From: Zygnema circumcarinatum SAG 698-1b
Lineage: Eukaryota; Plantae; Zygnematophyceae
Assembly: GCA_037447605.1 (NCBI GenBank)
Contig: CM074807.1
Coordinates: 434,001 to 498,000 of the forward strand
DNA length: 64,000 bases
Reading direction: 5' to 3'
The notes beneath the pieces were generated by a model, which saw only the letters and a list, made by a program, of their open reading frames with translations, was not told the DNA's origin and searched no databases. The stretch's first letter is position 1. Each line of letters starts with the position of its first letter. Position numbers and translations under genes: made by a program. Below are positions 38,644-53,451 of the stretch, piece after piece.

Positions 38644-40580
38644 CTCTAGTGAGATGACCTCATGTGACCCTCATACCACGTGGTTCGTCCTCCCGTCCTT
38701 GACATTCCATTGAATGACAAAAGACTTGGCCATGGGAATCTTGAAGGATAAGCAGCCCCCCCCCCCCGGGCGGGGCAGCTCGTGGTTCTCCATGGGGGCC
38801 TGGAAACTCTCGTACTCGTACACACTCAAGTAGGTGCCGATATTGGTGCGGTTCACAACGGTGGAGCCTTGGATGGTGCACGCACCCACTGTGAGGTCCC
38901 ACGTCTGGTAGGCCAAAAACTTTCGGTACCTCCTGCCCACCACGTTGTATGCGGCCCCTGCACGCCGGCCATGCATGGCCATGCATGCATGGCCCACTGG
39001 TTAGCTGTCCGTACGCAGGCACAATCCCAGATTCTGTCCGTACACAGTCATCAGCCTCAGGTTCTGTCCGTACACGAAACAATCCCAGGTTTTGTCCGTA
39101 CGCAGGCACAATCCCAGGTTCCGTCCGTACGCAGACACAATCGCATGTTCTGTCCGTACGCAGACACAACCCCAGGTTCTGTTCGTACACAGACACAATC
39201 CCAGATTCTGTTCGTACGCAGACACAATCCCAAAGCGTATCCCCAGATTTGCAAGGATCCGATCACCCCACCGGTAGCCGTAGTCAGCGTTTTCCCCGTC
39301 TTGTATATGCATTTGTCCCCATTGGACAGCCCCTGCTCGTCGCTCCACGTGGTAAACAGAGGGTCCGTAACGGTGCTGGCCACAGCCCAGCTCGCTACAG
39401 CCACCATGTTATCTGCTGCAGGGTTGCCGTTAGCGGAAGGAGAGCGAACATCGCATATATCGGCACATAGAACAGCGTTGTTTGGGATGAGGGCATATTT
39501 GGCGACCCCTCCTCCGACATAGCCTCTCCATCCGCAGCCACATGCGTCAGTTCCGTCCTGCGTCAAAATCTGTGGCAAAAAGAGGGGGAAAATTAGAGGG
39601 TGGGGGGGGGGTCAGAAAAAGGGGACTCTTTTGGTGGGTTTGAGTTTTTTTTCCATGTGGAAAATGGGGTGGGAGGTTTAGGGTTTAGGGGTTTGGAAAA
39701 AAAAACTAAACTTTAAAGTTTATGTTTAACCGAGGTTGAGAAATTAAGAAGCGAGTTTTACTTAATTTCGAAATTCTCAGTCTTATTGAATAATAGAGTT
39801 GAACTTTGAACACTCAAGGTCGAAACTTTTTCGATTTGAAAAAGCGAAAAGTTTCTCGTTTCTTCGAAGTTTTCCGAAAGGCTTTTTTTTTTCTTTTTTT
39901 TGAGAAGCCAAAATCTTGAATTTCCTTTTCTCTCAACCTGTTCAGTTTTACGGTATACGAAAGACGATACAACTAAAAAAAAAAAAAAAGAAAAATCCGA
40001 GAGAGATGGGGAAGGAGCACCACCCCACCTGCACGTCAGGAGAAGTGAAAATAAGATATATAGCGTTCCCATTAAGAGGCAGTCTTCCACTGCTCTTCTG
40101 AAAGATATTGTATTGAAGAATGTCAGCCGCCGCCGTCTCCAAAAAACTGGTTCCGCTCGAGTAAGCATCATAAGTCTCCCTGCTCAGAACGATATTGGGC
40201 TTCACGTACTCATTCAGAGAGTCCGAATACTGCAGGTTGATGCTGTACAGGCCTCGCACCGTATTCCCTCCCTGCCTGAGAGGGTTCTTTCTCCCCATAG
40301 ATAACAGAAACTCCTTAATAATATACTTGGAGGAGTTGAGAGCGGACCAGTCCCCGTACCAGACTATGTACAGGAGGGGGTCGGCCTCCATTACGGGCCC
40401 GCCCTTGTAAGTGATGCCCTTGGGCTCTGTGTATTGCGGAGAGAAGGAGGACATGGATGCTGCCGCAAGGGGGCGCAGGGAAACGCTCATGCCGGGGGAC
40501 AAATCGTCGCCTGCCACGTGGCGCGTGGAGAAGGCGAGCAGGCACGCGAGGAGGAAGGCTGGTAGGGAAGCGCCCTCCAT
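37819..40580 (-). CDS. Secreted EXORDIUM/PHI-1 (phosphate-induced 1)-like protein with a C-terminal extension, 5 exons, ~433 aa
   Basis: Exons 40580-40029, 39569-39272, 38957-38677, 38253-38207, 37942-37819 are phase-consistent. Signal peptide MEGASLPAFLLACLLAFSTRHVAG. Family motifs: ITYKGGPVM, LYIVWYGDW, IYLIFTSPDV, SPSANGNPAADNM, STVTDPL..TW, NGDKC, YNVVG..RKFL.YQ.WD. The 3' exons are less certain. Confidence 0.85.
39006..39235. repeat. Minisatellite, 8 x 29 bp (TGTCCGTACGCAGACACAATCCCAGGTTC consensus) in EXORDIUM-like intron 2
   Basis: Units start near 39006, 39035, 39065, 39093, 39122, 39151, 39180, 39209. Confidence 0.95.
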
Positions 40581-42404
40581 TGTGGCGGGAGGGAGAGGGA
40601 GAGGGAGAGAGAGAGAGAGGGAGCGGCAGGAGGAGGGAGAAGCAGAGGAAGAGGTGGGAGAGGGAGGGGTAGGAGGGAGCTAGCGGGCGAGGAACAGGCC
40701 CGGGAGGGAGGGAGGGAGGGAGGGCGACGGATTCCGGCCGCGGCAGGACCGTACGGCGCTGGACCGCCAGCGAGGCGACGGGGGTTGGGCAACATGGGCA
40801 TGCATGAGAGCGGCTAGGGCGGACAATGTGTGGCGGGTGGTTGGGGCTTCCTCCTGTGGATCCATGTCCATGTTGTTTCAGTTTCAACATGACGTGAAAG
40901 TCTAGGGAAAAGTAAGGATGTGTAAGGATACAATGAGGATGAAGGAAAGCAATTGGAACATTGTGAGTGTTGTTTGCATCGGCACGGCACTTGGAACAAT
41001 GTTGTGTTGTGGAAGTGGGAGCATGAAAGTGGGAAGCCAAAGTCTAGGAGGACTCATGTGGACAGTTTTATTGGATGTTGGGGAAAATTTAGATGGGTGG
41101 TGTGACTGGGGGTCACAGTGACGTGACTCACGGGTTTAACAGAAAAGTTGATCCAAACTGTTAAGCTGGAGAAAAACGGAAGGGTTTGGCCGCGAAGTGT
41201 TTTCGAAACGAGTACTCTCTATTCAGCTGAAATTATTTATAACGCGTAAACAAGGTACGTTTTCCGAGTTTGATATTTCCCCACTGTCTCACATGTCAAG
41301 ATTTGTCAATCTCTGCAAACCGAAACAAAAAACTGAGAATAAGTACCCTTCGAAATCAGATCACCATTACGATGAACGAAAGAAATGCGATAAAGAGTAC
41401 TGATTGTGGAAACTTCCCCAGCCAAACCCCCTACGTGTTGGAAGATCCACAAGGCCTATCTTCCCCGGAACCTGTTTCAAATTCAGTACTCTGTTGTAAA
41501 ATATAACAAAGGACAAATGCTTGTATTTTACTAGTTCCGAGTTGTGCTTTTTCCTACAACACGACAGAAAAGTCAAGACCGTACAGGCATGATGGACTGT
41601 CCGTATAGAATGTCCTATTAGCACGTGGCGTGGACATTGACTTCCGTACTTGAAATTCCAGCCACTCATGAATCCGTACAATGACCGTACGGTAAAGTCA
41701 CCGACATTCAGCTCGAGCGGATAAAGCTAGAATTCGTATGACCAATCAGGCGACGGTCCTGGCGTGACACGTCCGATGACATGGCACCTGAAAACAGCCG
41801 CCCCNNNNNNNNNNNNNNNNNNNNNNNNNNNNNNNNNNNNNNNNNNNNNNNNNNNNNNNNNNNNNNNNNNNNNNNNNNNNNNNNNNNNNNNNNNNNNNNN
41901 NNNNGGAGAAACCATGGATACTCAATGTTAAGCACAACCCAAAACATACGGATTTGGTGAAAACAGTGAAAGGAAAAGAGCTTTACTTTTCTTAAGCTGA
42001 TTTATATTCTGATCAAAGTAAAAAGCATCAACGCTTGTTTAAAAACGTTCGATCGTGACATTCAGAACACAAAGATGAGTGTTTTTCTTGTGAGTATTTT
42101 TTAAAGAAGATGGATTGCCATGGAGCCATACCGTACCTTGCCGTACGGACGCCTCCTTTCTAGAAGCTTCGCGAAGAGCAATCGGCGCCACCTGTCACCT
42201 TCCCTCTCCCTCTCCCTCTCCCCCTCTGTGCTTGCCCGCTTCTAGCATCTTCTGTTCTCGCCTGCAACTTGCCTACTCTTACGTTTCCCTCTCGATATCA
42301 CTTCATATCTGCGGCTTTGTACTTCTTACTGCCTCTCCATTCTCACCGTTCCTCTCTCTCTCTCATTCCTCACACACTCTCTCGCTCTCTCACACTCTCC
42401 CGCC

Positions 42405-43386
42405 ATGGCGAAGCTGGGGGAGGGAGACAAGCGGTGGATCGTGGAGGAGAGAGCAGACGGCGTCAACGTGGCAGCATGGCATTGGGCGGAGCGGGACTGC
42501 TTAGAGTGGGCGAGGAGGCGCTTTGGGGAGCTTTTTAACAGTGTACACGTGGCAGAAGGAGAGGAATCCTGCTGGGTTTCTATTCAGAATGTTCAATCTG
42601 TAGAGGGTGAAGCTTACGTTAACATTCGCAAGGGCAAGATAATTCCTGGGTATGAGTTAAAGTTGAAGTTGAACTGGAGGGGAGAGGTGAGAGAGGGGGA
42701 GGAGGTGAAAGGGTCGGCAGAGGGGACGGTTGAGCTTCCATATATTGCGGATGAAAATGCAGATGAAGACCCAGAAATCAAAGTCTCTTTGAAAGAGAAT
42801 ACTCCTTTCGGTGATCGACTAAGGACTGTTATGTTAGGAAAAGGGAAGAAAATAGTGCATGAAAAAGTGAAGATTCTTGTGAAGGAGTTGGCGGAGGGTG
42901 GGCCGGCGAAGGAGGAGATAGCAGCGATGAGAGCAGGGAAGGTACCGGCTCCGAATACTGCAAAGAACCCACAAAATGGAGAGCCCCAAATCAGTTCAAA
43001 AGCAGGAGAGAAGGTGGAGGGAGAGAAGAAGGTGGCAACTGCTGCTGCTTCAGAAGGTGGGGTTCAGCAGGGAAGTAAGAAGGAGAAGAAAGGGTTCAGA
43101 AGCATCAAGATGAGTCAGCAGTTCCATTGCAGGAGGCGCGACCTCTATGAGGTTTTGATGGATGAGAGAAGATGGATGGCTTTTACGCAATCGAAGGCGA
43201 AAATTACGCCGGAAGTTGGAGGAAGCTTTTTGCTGTTCGACGGGTCAGTCTCGGGAGTCTTTCAAAAGTTGGAAAAAGACTCGCTTATTATGCAGAAATG
43301 GCGGTTCAACAACTGGGCAGATGGCGTATACTCAACGGTAATTTGTTTTTCTTTCCTTAGAGCTTGTTTATTGAGTCACTTTCTAG

Positions 43387-43458
<72 letters not shown>

Positions 43459-44052
43459 CTTTGGACCTATGGGGGGCTTTACTATTTTTGAGGAAGCAAA
43501 GAAAGAAAGGGCAGGTAGAATAAGTCGTAGGGGAGAGAGACAGTTCCTTAGTTTCTTGATATGTTTGGTTTCAGGGGGGTAAAAAAAAGTCTCTCTTTTT
43601 TTATTTTTAGACACTGAAGAATGTGATATGAGAGCTTGTCTGTAATTTATTTTCTATCTTTCTTTTTTAAATAGTTTCACCTTCATCTTTTGATCTTTTT
43701 TTTCTTTCATGTTCTTCTGCAGGTCTGCATCACTTTGGAGGAGCCGGAGGAGGGCAGCACAGTTTTGAAGCTGTCTCAAACGAATGTTCCGGAGGAAGAC
43801 AGGTGAGAAGAATGAAAAATCTTAGTATCTATTTGAGAGAAAAAAAAACACACACACACAAAAATAAACAACTCGGCTGTTTGTTGCCAGTGCGTGACTT
43901 CAATTTTTTTTTTTTTTCTTAAATTTGAAGCTCGAATCCTGCTTTGCCCGGTGTGCAGGTTTGGCAATGCGACAGTTTATGAGACCACGGAGAGGGGATG
44001 GCGAGATCTCATTTTCCATAGAATAAGAGCAGTGTTTGGATATGGGCTTTAG
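42405..44052 (+). CDS. AHA1: Activator of Hsp90 ATPase (AHA1/AHSA1), 3 exons, 368 aa
   Basis: Exons 42405-43337, 43723-43802, 43959-44052. Motifs: MAKLGEGDKRWIVEERADG.NV..WHW.E, EGEAYVNIRKGKIIPGYEL, LPYIADENADEDPE, and a C-terminal START-like AHSA1 domain ending GW...IF..IRAVFGYGL*. Confidence 0.96.
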
Positions 44053-44410
44053 GGTGTAGGGTTTAGGGTTAGGGTTAAGGGTTAGCTAGCAGAGAGTCAG
44101 GGTGGGTCGGTGGGTGGGAGGGTGGGTCTGAATTAGGGTTAGGATTAGGACTATGAGTTTTCCCTCTCACAAGTTGCAGAAGCAGCTTGTGAGTTGAAGA
44201 TGCTCTTTCGTCAAATTGCTTAGACTGTCAGTATGAGATTGGAAAAGAAGAATGAATGAATTTTTGTAGCCTGCAACTTGCTTGGGCTGAGTATGGGAAA
44301 TCAAGTAGATCAATCAGTCATAATGAGTATTGGAGAATGGCATGATGCCAGAGCGACACCATGTGTATGTATGCATGCATGCATGGGTGTATGTATGGAT
44401 CATGCGTATG

Positions 44411-44950
44411 GTTCCTCGTGGTTTCCCCATGCTGGTTTTGTCCATGTACATTTGATGGCCTCGCCATCGTCAGATCAACGCCACTTCCGTTACCAACGGT
44501 TGACCCAAGGGTTGGTCTTCGGACCTGCTCAGTTCTTCGTGGTTTCACACGCTGCTTTTGTCCATGTACATTTGATGGCATGCATCATCGTCATCGTGAG
44601 ATCAATGCCACTTCTATTACCAACGCTTGATCCAAGGGTTGGTTTTCGGACCTGACCAGTTCCTCGTGGTTCCCCATACTGATTTTGTTCATGCACATTT
44701 GATGGCCTCGCGATCGCGAGATCAACGCCACATCCAGTATCAACGGTTGATCCAAGGGTTGGCCTTCGGAACTGCTCAGTTCTTCGTGGTTTCCCACGCT
44801 GCTTTTGACCATGTATGGCATGCACTATCGCCATCGTGAGATCAATGCCATTTCCATTACCAACGGTTGATCCAAGGGTTAGTCGTCGGACCTGACCAGT
44901 TCCTCGTGGTTCCCCATGCTGCTTTTGTCCATGTACATTTGATGGCCTCC
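44411..44950. repeat. Satellite: 4.4 copies of a ~120-bp unit in alternating A/B (dimeric higher-order) arrangement
   Basis: Units start at 44411, 44532, 44659, 44779, 44899 (121, 127, 120, 120 bp, then partial). Confidence 0.93.
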
Positions 44951-46065
44951 TAATACGTTCATGCATGTACTATGCATGCCCGTCGATGGATTAAAGCCCA
45001 ATGAGATTTGATCATAGAGTGGAGCCCCTGCTTTGAATTATAGGGCCCCGTTTGCTTAAAAAAATTGCGAGTTTTAGATGGAGAGGCACACTCCTAAATC
45101 CCTTCGCGAAGGTCAACTAACAAATTTAAAAAAAAAAAAAAATCAGAATCTTCAATCTCTCAACATTGACATTGTTTTTCTTGACGTGACCCTTGAGAGG
45201 GCACAAAGCAGCTTTTGGCGTATCGCAATATCGACGGCGTATCGGTCTTAAGCGGCGAATTTTCTGCCGGCAACAACTGCCAGGCGTCAATCGTACAGTC
45301 TGTCTGTACGGTCACCGGCAAACCGTACACCTCCTCTTGAAACGAAGGGAAGCTCGCTTCCAACCTTCTTCCTCAAAGAGATCGATCCATGGCTTCCCTT
45401 TGAGGAGGGAGAGAGAGAGAAAGGGAGATGGTGGAGCTTGACAGGGGAGGATATGGAATCGTTACAGGAAACGGTGAGTGAAATGACCCTTTTTTTTATT
45501 TTTTATGAAGCAGTGGTGGAAAGAAGTATGCGGAGAGATTAGGGTTTGAGAAGCTGCTGGCATTTTTCAGTGTTTTTTGGCAGGTGGAGGAGAGAGAGAT
45601 GATGCATGTTTTATGTTTATGGGGGCTGTGGGGTGGCAGAGGTTGACGCTGTGCTCACAAGGGGTTGCGGGAAAATCGCCAGGGACGACGGAAAGTGATG
45701 CAGAGGCACTTAGGGTATGCTTTCAGAGCTTTTATGATGGTTAGGTTATTTGGACGGAAAAAAAGACTATAAAGATGTTGATGTATGTGCTCGGATGGGT
45801 CGGACAGAGAGGTTGAGAGAGAGAGAGAGTGTGAGAGGGTGGGAGGGGGATGGGCNNNNNNNNNNAGGAGGGGGGAGGGGGGAGGGGAGAGGGGGGAGGA
45901 GGGGGGCGATAGGGGAGAAGGGGAGAAGGGGAAGAGGGAGAGAGAGAGGGATAAAGGGAGAGAGATAGGGAGAGAGAAAGAGAGAGAGAGGTAGAGGAGC
46001 CTCTTCCTCATTACTATATCCACTTTTTCTTTTTATTTTTCTTCTTTTTTTTTTTTTTTTATGCG

Positions 46066-46827
46066 ATGGATGTGAAGCAGGATTATGAATTGTGGATTAG
46101 GCCCATATTTTTCTCGGGACTCAGGACGTGGGATACAGCAGATTCCGCCTTTCAAGACCTTCAGCAGCTTGCAAACGCGGAGGGATTTTCTGTCACAAGA
46201 TTCAGGACCTGCACAGACTCCAACACAGGCGTAGTACGTAAGATCAATATTCAGTGCGCTTTGGGGGGAACCCTAAGATCAAGAACTAAAGATAAGACAT
46301 TGGGGGGTGAGGGAAAACGCAAAAGATACTCTCGCTGCATTGACTGCCCCTTCAAAGCAAGCATTCGACGCATACGATACACAAAAGACCTCTTTTATTT
46401 AAAGATTGAAAATCCAAGACATAATCATGGGCAGCAGGACCTCCGTCTCTTTCACCAGACTCGAAAGGATAGCATTACTTCGGAGCAGCGTACTTTGATT
46501 CATAGGCTGATGAGCTCGAACATGTCAAGCCCTCAGATATTGGCAACGGTAAAGAACCCACTTTTGATTTTGAAAGACATTGACAACATGAGAGCGGAAT
46601 GGCGCAAGAAAAATAGAACAGCGCAGGAAGAATCTGAAGGGTTAACTCGTACAGAAGAGAGGGAGGAAGGGAGGGAGGGAGGGAGGGAGGAGTGGAGGGA
46701 GGGAGGGAGGGAGGGAGAGAAGGGGGGAGGAAGGGAGGGAGGGGCTGCGGAGAGAGGGAGGGAGGGGCTACAAAGGGAAGGAGAGGGATGGAGGGAGGGA
46801 GGGAGGGTGACTCTTTGTTACTTGTGA
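46066..46827 (+). CDS. FAR1/MULE-transposase-derived N-terminal DNA-binding (WRKY-GCM1-type Zn finger) protein; no clear DDE domain
   Basis: D.A...LQQLANAEGFSV.R, KRKRYSRCIDCPFKASIRR, LKIENPRHNH (CxxC...HNH), followed by an HTH-like LIHRLMSSNMSSPQILATV...KDIDNMR. Gene boundaries are uncertain: possible acceptor at 46080, possible upstream mini-exon 45453-45473. Confidence 0.7.
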   Translation: MDVKQDYELWIRPIFFSGLRTWDTADSAFQDLQQLANAEGFSVTRFRTCTDSNTGVVRKINIQCALGGTLRSRTKDKTLGGEGKRKRYSRCIDCPFKASIRRIRYTKDLFYLKIENPRHNHGQQDLRLFHQTRKDSITSEQRTLIHRLMSSNMSSPQILATVKNPLLILKDIDNMRAEWRKKNRTAQEESEGLTRTEEREEGREGGREEWREGGREGEKGGGREGGAAERGREGLQREGEGWREGGRVTLCYL

Positions 46828-48309
46828 AGGCAATGTATGAAGGCTAAGTGTTGATTGTGTAGTCAAAGGCTCACTGGGATGCTCTTTAGGATTGAGAGGG
46901 AGACTTCAAATCTCTGCACCTTTTGAAAAAACGTTCATGTTTTCTACGTGCTAAAACAGTTGCAAGCCATGGAGTAGTTCTATGTTGGAAACCTCTTTCC
47001 TCTAGGCCATGCTTGGGTCTCGCAGTGCAGGTAGTTGAAGGTGAGGGAGAGAAGGGAGATGGAGGGTGATGCCGCAAATGAATAATGGGACTCGGAATCG
47101 GACAATGTTGTAATCTTATCGTGAATAAAGAGTTGGAACGGTTCTCAAGGCTGTGCCATTACACGTGGGCAGTTCTAGAACTCTTTCAGGATGTGTGTGT
47201 GTTTTCTCTCTCCCTCTCTCTCTCTCTCCCTTTCTCTCTCCCTTTCTCTTTCTCTCTCTATTTCTCTCTCTCTTTCCCCCTGTCTTTCTCTCTCCCTCTC
47301 CCTCTCTTGCTCACTCTCTCTCTGTCCCTCTCTCTCTAACCCTTTCTCTCTCCCTTTCTCTCTCCCTTTCTCTTTCTCTTTCTCTCTCTCTCCCCCCCTC
47401 TCTTGCTCTTTCTCTGTCCCTCTCTCTCACTCTCTCCCTTCCGCTCTCCCTTTATCTTTCTCTCTCACTCTCTTGCTCTCTCTGTTTCCCTCTCACTCAC
47501 ACACACACACAGACATTCTCTTTCCGTCCCACCCCCTCGTTCTCTCCCTGCTCTCATGCTGTTGTGAGGAAAAGAATGAATGGCCTTCTTTTGTATCCCA
47601 AAACCTTCAACGCAAAAACCCTAACACCCCAAAAGCCTCACTCGATTGCCACAACTTCATCCATCCAACGAGAGTCACCAATGGCCCTGCTCTCATCATC
47701 TACCCATCATCACACATCCCTCACTCACCCTCACTAAAAATGGCTCCATTTAGGCTCAACACTTTGCCAATGACGAGTCACAACGGCTGCAAAATGGAAT
47801 CTGCATGTATGTGGCGAGCTGCATTGGATAAATTCTAAAAGAAAAAAAGAGAGTGAATAAAGCAAAGGATAGCGGAATTTTACTAAGCTGGGCTCCAACG
47901 GCCCAACAGGGACCCCTTCCCCTTCCCGTTCCCGTTCCCGTTCCCGTGCTAGTTCCAGTTCCAGTTCCATTGCTCTTCTAGCTTTCATGCCCTTTACAGT
48001 TCCCGTGGCCGTTGATTTTCAATTTCAACGCTGTTCCAGTTTTAGTGCCCATGGCAGTTCTCGTTCCCGTTGCGGTTGCCGTTCCCGTTCCTCATACCTA
48101 GGGCCGTTCCCGGTTTAACTGAACAAACTTGGTTTCCGCTTCGCAAACCAAACCAGTAAGAGGACTTTAATCACGATTCCTTAGTCATGACTAAAGTCAT
48201 GCCCACTAGGACCACTTTCTTAGTCAGCCTCAAATGACCAAAGATCGATTGTTCAAATTTCGGACCATCAAAACTTTGTCGGGAAGCAAGTGTGCTCTGA
48301 TCTGCTCCG

Positions 48310-48345
48310 GCCACGTGGCGCCCCTGAAGGCCGCCACGTGGCGCC

Positions 48346-48365
<20 letters not shown>
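48310..48365 (+). promoter_or_regulatory. Three palindromic G-boxes (GCCACGTGG) at exact 23-nt spacing across the MYST start codon
   Basis: Starts at 48310, 48333, 48356; ATG at 48346. Confidence 0.55.
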
Positions 48366-52528
<4,163 letters not shown>

Positions 52529-53451
52529 ACACTGCTTACCTTAGGACTGCTCGACCCTTGTAAATAGTCAGTGCAAATATCTCCACATCCATATCGAGCT
52601 GTGAATATATCGTGTTCTTAGGTGTTTGTTGTGGCTCAGATCCAAGGAGGTGTTTTTCTTGATGGTCTGTACTCTTTATCTATAAAAAAATTCTATCATG
52701 AGTCGATATGCTTCTTTCTCGCCCTCTATCTCTTTCAAGACGTATTAAACCAGTACAATCTCCCTATCATGAGTCTGTACAACTCCCTCTCCCTCCCTCT
52801 GCATTTTTCTTGATGTACTGTATTCGATCAGTACAATCGCTCTATCGTTGAGTCTGGACGTCTCCCTCTCCCTCCTCCCTCCCCTCAACATCACAATCAA
52901 CAGAATCACGAGTCGGTACAACCCAAAAGCCATCAGTTAGGAAGTAGAACAATGGAAGGACACCAATCGCAGTGTCGATTCTTTCTTCAGAGTATTCGGG
53001 GCTTGCAACGATCATACACTACGCCACACAACTACGACTGGATTATTGCTCTCCCTCTCGATTATTACCCCCTCTCGCCCTCTCTTTTCACCTCCAGCAT
53101 CCACTACAAGACAGGCTCACTCAGAAAGGGCAGCTAAAAAAGGCATGGTACAACTTCAGAACAGCTCCCCCTCCACATCATTAAATCCTATATCACAGGA
53201 AACCGATTTCTCAAACTGCAACCTCCAACCTGCAAGCCGCAAACCGTAAACTTTGCACCGGTTATCTGAATCTTCAACCCAGCTAGTTACCCAGTTAGTG
53301 GTACAAATGGGAACTTCAGAAGCCACCCCATCCAATGGCCCCCAAGTTTCTCATCCTTCTAAGGGTTGGCCCTCCGCAAACAAAGAGGCCCACGAAAAGC
53401 CAGAAACCGGAACCTAACCTCTGAACCCTGAACCCAAAAAAATGTACAGAA

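Noticed and set aside
44411-44950. ~120-bp repeat as a 5S rDNA array
   Set aside because: The length matches, but only a short GTTCCTCGTG-like resemblance exists. The 5S 5' end, box A and box C are absent, and there is no spacer.
45160-45441. Short ORFs on both strands (e.g. GLPVTVQTDC...) as MULE catalytic fragments
   Set aside because: Too short, wrong orientation relative to the FAR1-like ORF, and no convincing motif.
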